DNA of 60,688 nucleotides, counting the filler, from Asterionella formosa (taxonomy: Eukaryota): assembly GCA_002256025.1 (NCBI GenBank). It is 4 parts of 4 records of this genome, joined end to end, with 100 filler letters (N's around TTAATTAATTAA, not from the genome) between each part and the next. Parts side by side here need not be neighbours in the genome. Positions count along the whole stretch, not along the records: positions 15,211 to 30,311 come from NKIB01005593.1; positions 30,412 to 45,513 come from NKIB01005595.1; 2 more parts are not named here. One strand, 5' to 3'. Every line of letters starts with the position of its first letter. Within the stretch, counting starts at the first letter, position 1. The notes beneath the pieces are model-generated. The model was not told the DNA's origin. It did not search any database and worked only from the letters and a program-made list of their open reading frames with translations. Shown here one piece after another: positions 25,174-34,699 of the stretch. The position numbers and the translations under genes are program-made.

Positions 25174-26457
25174 ATGAATATTTATTGCATGCTGCCAGTG
25201 ATCGGCTTTAATCTCCTTACTTCTGTGTTTGTACATGGTACTCCAGCACAGCTTTTTAAACATCATGCAGATTTGATGGACAATTTTCTGAATGAACATT
25301 GGAAAATCTCCCCTGATCATTACAATGAACACTTCAAAGAACTTAAAGCTCAATTTCTCTCCCCTGCTGAAAAGCGAAATGAGCCATGCCTACCTGGGGG
25401 CCCTTATGACGACTGGGTGAAGCAAGAGTTTGAAGTCATTGGTAATGAAACACTTTCCTTGTTGAATGATTACCTTGTCTTTGATTTGTACCTTTACTTT
25501 AGCCTTCTGTTTCGAAACAAAAGTGATCCTTATGAGTATTTCTACCATGATGGGAGTCGTACAAATGAATTTAAAGCCCTGCATCGCAATGTTAAGGCGT
25601 TCTGGGACATTCCTTCTAATGATATCGTACTTTTGGGAGCGCATGGGCGACAACTTGATGACATTGGTGTACTCACTGATATCTACACAGTCCTCACTGA
25701 CTTGGACACTCTCGCTAATGTTACAGATGAATCACCCAAGAAAACGGCTTTGTTTGTTCATAACCTCATCAACACCACCATCGGTTTCGATCATCCTCTT
25801 TTGTCCTTGAACGCCTTTGCTGCATCGCCAAAGGAAGACCAATTCGATGATGACGCAATTGATGACAAATTTATCAGCCAATACAAGAAACTTCTGGACC
25901 GCATTGTCATTGGTGAAGGTCTTTTGGAGGTTTTTGACATTCTTGGATACGGGGCCACCACGCCAGGATATATCTATGCTCATGAATTTGGTCATCATAT
26001 TCAATTCGAACGCGACCTTTTGGGAATCAATGCAACCTTAAATGAAAGCAATCCTTTTGATCTTCGTGAGCTTGAACTTATGACTGATGCCTTCGCTGGT
26101 TACTACCTGGCTCATCCCAAAGGCGGAAATTTCAAGAAAGGCATGGTCCATCAATTATGGAAAGAAGCATTTGTCATTGGTGACTGTGAATTCAATGCAA
26201 CTGAGAATACTAACTCTCACGGAACGCCTAATCAACGCAAACGTGCAATCATGTTTGGAACCACGACAGCCAAGACTTTCAAGTCGAAAACGAAAGCGAG
26301 GGGTTCGAAACTGATTTCAATCAGTTCCATACTTCCATCCACGGCGTTCATTAAATTTTTCTACAAGGCCCTACCTGATATCATTGAACCTTCTGCTACC
26401 CAAAAGAGTAAATCGAAAGGCAGTTCAACGAAGAAACAAGGCGGTCACCACAACTGA
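25174..26457 (+). CDS. Secreted neutral zinc metallopeptidase-like protein (YpfJ/PF04228-like), intronless
   Basis: 427-aa uninterrupted ORF with a hydrophobic N-terminus, YAHEFGHHIQ (HExxH), RELELMTDAFAGYY and HGTPNQR motifs, and a Lys-rich C-terminus. Confidence 0.85.
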   Translation: MNIYCMLPVIGFNLLTSVFVHGTPAQLFKHHADLMDNFLNEHWKISPDHYNEHFKELKAQFLSPAEKRNEPCLPGGPYDDWVKQEFEVIGNETLSLLNDYLVFDLYLYFSLLFRNKSDPYEYFYHDGSRTNEFKALHRNVKAFWDIPSNDIVLLGAHGRQLDDIGVLTDIYTVLTDLDTLANVTDESPKKTALFVHNLINTTIGFDHPLLSLNAFAASPKEDQFDDDAIDDKFISQYKKLLDRIVIGEGLLEVFDILGYGATTPGYIYAHEFGHHIQFERDLLGINATLNESNPFDLRELELMTDAFAGYYLAHPKGGNFKKGMVHQLWKEAFVIGDCEFNATENTNSHGTPNQRKRAIMFGTTTAKTFKSKTKARGSKLISISSILPSTAFIKFFYKALPDIIEPSATQKSKSKGSSTKKQGGHHN

Positions 26458-26885
26458 GGGTATGATGTTTCTTGCATGACTCAATGGCCTTGCTTAACAC
26501 AAGACACTAATATGAAAGAGGGTCCAATAAAAGGCAAAGTTGCATTGCTCTATAAATATCTCGACGTGAAGGAAGGTGTTAGAGCTGGGCGAACGGTGAA
26601 GAGGCTAATCAAAGGTAAAGAAAGTAGTCGATACATGATAAAAGATCGAAGTATAGTTACATTGTATCAGAAAGGTATTGTTTTCTTGTGACTTATTCTT
26701 TCTGACTTCGTCTGACGTTGACACGGCTGACATGTTGATATATAAATATATATATATATGAATGAGTTATATATGGCGAGAATTGATTTTACGGACAAGG
26801 ACGAACCCCATGGAGTTATTTCAGGATACCAGAAAGTTGCGGTAATTTAGCTCTCTTTATCCCATATCAAATTGTTTTTTTAAGC

Positions 26886-26931
26886 AAAATGACCGCATCT
26901 GGTTGCTGTACCTGCAAGCTGCGGTCATTTT
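26886..26931. repeat. 12-bp perfect inverted repeat (AAAATGACCGCA...TGCGGTCATTTT), part of a dispersed repeat also seen at ~43053
   Basis: Hairpin read directly. The reverse complement matches the sequence flanking the MITE at 43076-43842. Confidence 0.7.
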
Positions 26932-28635
26932 CCTGAAACGGACAACGTGTTACTGGACAGCGACATATTTTATCATAAATAGTACTAAAGGACATCTTCA
27001 ATTCATAGCACGATTCAGCGAAATAAATAGCAGAATTCTTCTAATTGCAAAAATGAGAATACAAAGCATAAGACTATGACTTGCAGGAAAACATTATGAC
27101 TTTCAGGAAATTCCTATGAATGTCAGGAAACTTAAGGAAATGCGTAAGGAAAGGAAACTTCAGGAAACTCCTGGAATTTCCTGAAACTCCTGGAATTTCC
27201 TGAAGTCTCCAAATTTATTTTGTTTTTGACCAAAGTGAAAAACCGCACATCCTTCGTTCAGTTGGGTAACTGGTACTGTAATTTCAGAATGAAGGCGAGC
27301 ACCAGATGATACAAACCACATGACGTGAATCAAAGGAGTCGAAGCTGAGATATTAAGAGAGCGACAATGCGACTATTAAGTTCTAGCTTATAGAGTTGAA
27401 GCGAACAACTAAGAGTTGGCAGCTGAGACACAACAAGGGAAGGAGACAGCAACCACGTGAGGTCAAACAAGTGAATTAGTGCAAGGGTGAAGCACACAAT
27501 TCTTTGAATAACGATTCAGAGAAGCAGTCTAAAGCATCGCCAAGCCTTTCACAATTTATACTCTAAAATCACCCACCCTACGTCCCAGAACCATGAAGTA
27601 TATGGTATATAAGAATAGACAAGAGTAATAGTATTTCATAATAGTATATACAAATGGTAGAGGATGGAAAGCAGAATGATAAACCATTCATAAACTTATT
27701 TTAAAGAATACATGTGTGAACAAAATAACTTTTGGATATTTTTTATCATGTAGATTATGGATGTCTAATGCAGACTAGTAGGTCCCCACAATATTTCTTA
27801 GAGTTATTAATTCTATCACTAAATATAAATGTATTCATACGAAGATAGCGAAAATAAATTTTCATCAATGTAATCTCATTTTTTCTGCCAAAAATATTTT
27901 TATTGAAACAGCAGTGTCACTTGCATCAATCACACTGCTTATCTTTCATGACAGTTCCTGATGATGCAACTGGTTTGTCATTATTCGAATGATAGTAATA
28001 ATAACAATCAAAATCTGATGTGAAATGTAAACAATTGAGATGAAGCATTAATCTGTTTGATGTGGTGATGGAGTACTTCCTTTTTCTATTATTATAGTAA
28101 CATTGCTCTAACATCCTATATATAGATCTATATCAACGAATGATATGGATTAGATACTGAAAAGTAATTATGGCGGCGAAGTTGGATTGTTTGTTTGTGA
28201 CACGAAAGCCAAAGCTTTGGTCAATTTATATAACAGAATCAGAGCAAAATCCATTGAAGGTCATGCCCACCAACCATCCGAAATCAAAAAGATAATTCCT
28301 TTTGATCATAGATCGCTCACTGCAGACAAAGGTTCATATTTCGAATCAGTTCTTCAAGACGAAGAGTGGATCAGAGTGAAGATGGACCAGATGGTGGCAC
28401 AGTTTGTTGCTCGTGGTCTTAATCATGAGTTGCCAATTCTTATTGACTATTGGAGAGAACGTTTATATGCTGCTGACTTGGAGTGCACCAACATCACAAA
28501 TCAAGAAACAGCTGCATCTCTTCTAATGATGTACCAGTAGACAATATTTTACAATATTCATGTAACAACTAGTTTTTATTTGGATACAATTACTTATTGC
28601 TACATAATACATACAGGCATACATATTCATTACTC

Positions 28636-29244
28636 TTATAGCCTCACAGTGTTGAGATGGTTGTTGGTTGCTTTTGGTGATTGTTGTTGCATTAGTGTAA
28701 ACTCAAGCTCATCCCGTTCTGCCTGTGCTAGTGCTAATCTCATTTTTGTTTCTGCCAAATCTGACAAGATCGAATCACTCTTCTTTCTGGTGGAAGAAAC
28801 ACCCATATTTCTATCGCCGTTGTTGTTACTAAAATTAATGTCTTGCTCTTGAATGGTATGATCGTCATCATCATTATCATTTTTAGTAGCAATATAAGCA
28901 ACACTCGGATCATCTGTTGTTGTGGAAAGGATTAATTTCAGTGAAGCAAATTGTTGTACAGCTAATCGAAATGACATCCAATGAGCTTCTTCATGCCAAC
29001 TTGATACTTCTGTATCTTCATTTACATACTTATTATTAGTAGCATATGACATTGACTCTGTCAAGTCATCCACAAATAGTGAAATACTCCCGCCATTGGT
29101 AGTAGTAGTAGTAGTAGGATGAGCTTGAGAATGAGCATGATGATGAGCTGCTGTTGCCCACAATGATGATGAGAATGACGAAGGCGATGTATCCTCACTG
29201 GATGAACGAGATGAAGGGCCGCCACGGCGGGGTCGGACTGTCAT
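28636..29244 (-). CDS. Hypothetical low-complexity protein with C-terminal coiled-coil (LSDLAETKMRLALAQAERDELEF)
   Basis: 202-aa ATG-started ORF with Ser/His/Thr/Asp runs and a heptad-like C-terminal helix. No family assignment is possible. Confidence 0.55.
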   Translation of the reverse strand: MTVRPRRGGPSSRSSSEDTSPSSFSSSLWATAAHHHAHSQAHPTTTTTTNGGSISLFVDDLTESMSYATNNKYVNEDTEVSSWHEEAHWMSFRLAVQQFASLKLILSTTTDDPSVAYIATKNDNDDDDHTIQEQDINFSNNNGDRNMGVSSTRKKSDSILSDLAETKMRLALAQAERDELEFTLMQQQSPKATNNHLNTVRL

Positions 29245-30311
29245 TGTAGATTATTCAACTACACAGCTAGAGGAGCGACGACGATAGGAGAGTCAAGTAC
29301 GAAAACGAATAAAATATTCATGTGTGTGTTTGTAATAATGCATTTTACAACAAAAAGCGAGTCAACAATGCAGAGCAAAGTTCTGATGACGATCATATAT
29401 TATATACATGCTGGTTATCAGGTATTTGGTACTGTGCATGAGGCAGAACAAACAAGCAAGAATATGCAGAGGAGCACTCAACGACTACCAGGTACCGGGT
29501 ACGCACATACTGGTAGGTAAAAATGTGACATCAGCCAGTATGCATGAAACAACAACGCACTCCCTACTAGTCGTAGCAGCAAACGTTGATTCTAGTCGAA
29601 CAAGTCAAGACCTTTTGTGGTTATCAATCATGAGGATAATGCTGGAGGATGCGTTTTGTGACGGCTGATGTTGTGACGAATGCATCCAAAAAGAATGATA
29701 GTAGCCCACGTAGATCTGTACAAAATATTATCCTTGAAGGTGCGGCACTAAACATCACGCCATGATTTTGTTTGCTTCAATCAGCTCACCATGTTACTCA
29801 AGATCTCCGTCGTTTCGTGTGCAAAAGTGATTCCCCGAGAGGTTTTTAGAATTGTTCATTATATCATGAGTGGAATGCTTTTGGGGAATCACTTTTCACA
29901 TGATGTTCAAAAAATTATAGCAGTATCAGTTATGGCCACTGTCAGTAACCCTGCCATAAATGGTTCTTGGTTGCTAGTTGGTCGATTTAGGGAATATCTT
30001 CATGAAAAGTAAGAATATTACGATGATAATACAAATTCGATACTATTAGATTGATAAGCTATTTAAATAAGGTGTTTCCAAACCAATCTTTAGAACCAAA
30101 CGAGGTCATTATTTCTAGAGGCAAAAAGGTGAGCATATTCCAAAATGAGTAGTATCAAACAAAGGGCAAAGATAGGCAAAGATAGGCAAAGATAGACAAA
30201 GATAATAGCATCTGTGTTACAAGAAATACACTATCAGCAGTTCCAAAGCTTCTTACTTAGGTAATTCATCTGAATGGGAGGAGAAATTTGTTCCATTGAA
30301 GAGGCAGCTGG

Positions 30312-30411
30312 NNNNNNNNNNNNNNNNNNNNNNNNNNNNNNNNNNNNNNNNNNNNTTAATTAATTAANNNNNNNNNNNNNNNNNNNNNNNNNNNNNNNNN
30401 NNNNNNNNNNN
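30312..30411. other. Assembly gap with artificial linker
   Basis: N-run containing TTAATTAATTAA. Confidence 0.97.
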
Positions 30412-30848
30412 ACAAAAGGATCATTACATTTGTTGTTCCCTTCTTCTTTATCGCGTTGCTTATTGTTCGATTTTTTACTTGTTCGGCTATCAACATACAC
30501 AGCCAATATAGTACACCAGGTACCGGTAGTAGAGCATCAGATTCATACCGGTAGAGTATTCCCGTTGTACCTGTACTGCACCAGGGGACGTTTATCCATC
30601 AAGTGTGATGGCTGAGTGACCTGGAAAAAGTGTTCGTTCTACTGTCCCGATACTCACAGGAACACGAGAGAAAGGAATCTTGATTGGTTTGCTGACTACC
30701 ACCATCAGTGCCCGGTACCATCGTAGCGGTACCTGGTACTATCGGCATACTTCAGCGACACTCACTGCGGCTTTCAACAGGAATCTATTGTGTTGCCGGC
30801 CCTGATCTTGTACAACCGGCAACAGGGCCAAGAAGTCAATCTTTGAAA

Positions 30849-32846
30849 ATGTCAACAACTCAGCACCGAAAGACTCTACTGTACCCGACCATGATATCAG
30901 ACACGAGGTCCAACTCTATATGCATTGACTCCAGCGGCCTTGTACTCACAGGGTTGTCGGCCATTTGGTTTGCTCTCTGCGCCACCTTGGTAAAGAAACA
31001 CATTGAATTATTGGCAGTGTTTGTTGCCTTTGTCGGATCCTTTGGTGTGGCATGGATATTGATCCTGTTGTGCGCTTGTGCAACGAAACAACAACGGCAT
31101 GGACTATCACATACACGCACGAAAACATGTGTTGGGTTGATCACTACGACTAGTGCATTGACATTACTATTCAAACGAGAGGATTTCATGGCGTTGTCCG
31201 TCATCACAGGCTATTTGGCATTTTGTCTGTGGTATTCATCCTTGTATTGCTCGCCACGACCGCCGCCCATTGGTGCCATGGTGGAAGATGCGGTACTGCT
31301 ATCTCTTGGTGTCATTGTCTTGTCGCTGTGGAAAGACGAGTTGCCAAAGTATCATTTGCACCTTGTGGTTTGGACTACACACAAGACTTTGCGATTGTTG
31401 ACAACACTTTTTCCGATTGTAGTACCGATAACACAACCACCAATTCTGGAAAAATCGTCCAAACAACTCATGACGGACTCGCCAAAGTCACCAACTGTCA
31501 CTACCATCGACAATACTTGGGTAATCCATGGTGTGTCATATGATTTGACCAATTTTATGCATCGTCATCCTGGCGGTCGTGAAGCCATTGAATTGGGAAA
31601 AGGCCGGAGTGATTGTACGGCATTGTTTGAATCGTATCACCCATTTACAACACAACATGAACAAGTGTTGCAAAAATACAAGGTTGGAACACAGCCAACA
31701 TACACTAGAGATGTGTTTTATGATGTCCTTCGAGAAAGAGTGCGTCAAACACTACAAGAACATGGATTGGATCCTGACCGAGATCGAACTGCACCCCCTG
31801 CGAGAGTGGCATATTATATGGGGGTGACAGTCTGTTTAGGAATTGCGGCGACGGCTCATGTCAAGGTACGATTGTGTTGACTTTTGTATTGTCCTTTGCT
31901 GCTCTTGATGATTCACTCATCATTTTCCCTTTATGCACAGGGTTCGATGATCGGATCATTTTTCCTTGCTGTCTTCGGCTGGTTGATTGGTGCATTGGGC
32001 CATGACGCTGGGCACTTTGCAGTATCGCACGTCCCACTTATCAATGATATTTGTGTTTGGGCCATGTCCTTTTTGTGCAATCCCATTTTGTGGCAGCATC
32101 AACACACCTATGCTCATCACTCGCATACCAATGAATTCGATCGTGATCCAGATTTGCATCACTTTACTATGTTACTCAAAGTTCATCGAAGATTTCAACA
32201 TTGCAATGTGTACAAGTGGCAACGACATGCCATCTTCGTCTTGTTTGCCTATACATTTGTTGTGTTTGGAACATGTGTGTGGATACCCATTGGTATGTTG
32301 CAAGAGGGTTCGTTGTATGGATTAGTAGAATATACGGATCGAAATAGACCTTGGCGATCGTTTGGGATGATGGCTCATACGGTGGGGTACGTTGGCTTTA
32401 TTGTTTTGGTACCCTTCATCAACTCTTCCAGTTGGTATAAGGCCTTGGCGTGTGTGATCCTACATTTATCCACGTCAGGCCTAATTTTTGGTATCTTTTC
32501 GCAAGTCAATCATTTGAACGAATACTCCCTCGACCAAGTGGCACGGGCCAAGGTGGGACCCGAGAGATCACCGATGACTACAAACTCGTGGGCTGCATCA
32601 CAAGTGGAAACCTCCAACAATTTTTGCACAGACAGTGCACTGTGGCACATTCTCTCGAATGGATTGAATTTACAAATTGAGCATCACCTCTTTCCGGGAC
32701 TTAATCATTCGCATCTCCATCTCATCGCTCCAATAGTTAAGGCAACATGTGAGGAGTATGGTGTCATGTACAAAACCTACAACAGTTGGGCACAATTGAT
32801 GGGAGCCACGTTGAAATGGCTTGATACACTCAGTGTCGAGGCATAG
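30849..32846 (+). CDS. Cytochrome b5-fused front-end fatty acid desaturase with long hydrophobic N-terminal extension. Exons 30849-31865 and 31941-32846 (~640 aa)
   Basis: HPGG heme motif with LFESYH; His boxes HDAGH, HQHTYAHH and QIEHHLFP. A 75-bp phase-0 GT-AG intron (31866-31940) joins the two ORFs. The start codon is uncertain. Confidence 0.92.
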
Positions 32847-33066
32847 GAAGGCATGGTAACTATACCACGTAATGTACATAATTGATGGTAATCCATAACT
32901 AACCTATTTCCGTTATACGGAATATTATTTAGAGAGGGAGAAACTAGGTAATTCACTCTGCGGCTGTATTTTCATAGAAAAAGGCAAGATATTCATGATC
33001 GGTGGAGATCCATTCCCTCAAAATGCCACATCGCCTTTGACTCGGATCGTCAGATTAGAAAAAAAT

Positions 33067-33740
33067 NNNNNNNNNNNNNNNNNNNNNNNNNNNNNNNNNN
33101 NNNNNNNNNNNNNNNNNNNNNNNNNNNNNNNNNNNNNNNNNNNNNNNNNNNNNNNNNNNNNNNNNNNNNNNNNNNNNNNNNNNNNNNNNNNNNNNNNNNN
33201 NNNNNNNNNNNNNNNNNNNNNNNNNNNNNNNNNNNNNNNNNNNNNNNNNNNNNNNNNNNNNNNNNNNNNNNNNNNNNNNNNNNNNNNNNNNNNNNNNNNN
33301 NNNNNNNNNNNNNNNNNNNNNNNNNNNNNNNNNNNNNNNNNNNNNNNNNNNNNNNNNNNNNNNNNNNNNNNNNNNNNNNNNNNNNNNNNNNNNNNNNNNN
33401 NNNNNNNNNNNNNNNNNNNNNNNNNNNNNNNNNNNNNNNNNNNNNNNNNNNNNNNNNNNNNNNNNNNNNNNNNNNNNNNNNNNNNNNNNNNNNNNNNNNN
33501 NNNNNNNNNNNNNNNNNNNNNNNNNNNNNNNNNNNNNNNNNNNNNNNNNNNNNNNNNNNNNNNNNNNNNNNNNNNNNNNNNNNNNNNNNNNNNNNNNNNN
33601 NNNNNNNNNNNNNNNNNNNNNNNNNNNNNNNNNNNNNNNNNNNNNNNNNNNNNNNNNNNNNNNNNNNNNNNNNNNNNNNNNNNNNNNNNNNNNNNNNNNN
33701 NNNNNNNNNNNNNNNNNNNNNNNNNNNNNNNNNNNNNNNN
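33067..33740. other. Assembly gap (674 N)
   Basis: Run of N. Confidence 0.99.
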
Positions 33741-34699
33741 AGCTAATTTACTATGTGCCATGTTCGAGTAAAGGCACTGTACCAGGTACCATGTACCTGT
33801 ATGCTTGTAGAGTACGCACTACTCACCATGTATCGGTAGGCTCGAACACCGTAATGTAGTTGGGGTACGGTACAGTATGCATATACCGTCTGCATGATAT
33901 TTCATCACGACGAGAGTACCTGGTACCACAAGTGAACGAATGGTGTGCGTACTTGTGCACTCCCTACATAGATTTCGGATCGTTTTTCACACCACTTCTC
34001 CTCCAGCCAACCAGGCAGGTCTTTGAGTCTCCGACCGGTACCAACAGTGCGACGACCGGTAGGTATACATAATTTTAATACCAACGATGAATCTTGCTAA
34101 AAAGTAAACGATGACTTTTGTTCCCTCTTGGTGTTCTACTCACTACCTGGTACAGGTGTATCATAATTACTACCGGTACCCAAACAACCTGATTGTACTT
34201 GTACCAGGTGTACCAAGTACCAAGCAGTACCAGACTGTACTTTCGACAGTGACGCGCGCAATTTAGTCAAGACGGCTGCACCAAGTTGAGTCGTTGATGA
34301 AAGGTTACCGGTTTTAGCGAGTGTTCCACTGGCATCGTCAGCTAAACCAGAATGTCATTTGGGGGTTATGAGAGTAGTTAAGTTACTGTACTCAGTAAGA
34401 AAATATTCAAAATAAATATCGAATAAGAATTCTAACTCTGTTCGAAAAATCGGATAGTAACTACAACAACGATATGCACGCCGGCCGATAGTAATCCGAT
34501 CGGAGGCGAAGCTAAATATGTAGCAATCGGCTGGGCCGGAGTCGTTGCAATCTTCCCGTTGGGCTACAAAGCTATTATTGTTAGATATTGGTATGTGTAG
34601 GTAAATAGGCGTCCCCGTCCCGCAATTTCTTGTACACATCCCATAGCAACACCAAAACCAAAATTAGGCTCACAATTTCGCTCGCCAAATTCTGAAACA

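Noticed and set aside
28187..28540. 117-aa plus-strand ORF
   Set aside because: No in-frame ATG at its start and no recognisable motif. It could be a terminal exon or TE fragment, but this cannot be supported.
30166..30204. Short 10-bp tandem repeat (GCAAAGATAG) and similar small duplications at ~46465 and ~46720
   Set aside because: Ordinary slippage repeats with no supportable function.
32995..33771. Long ORFs of 258 and 247 aa
   Set aside because: They consist almost entirely of translated Ns.
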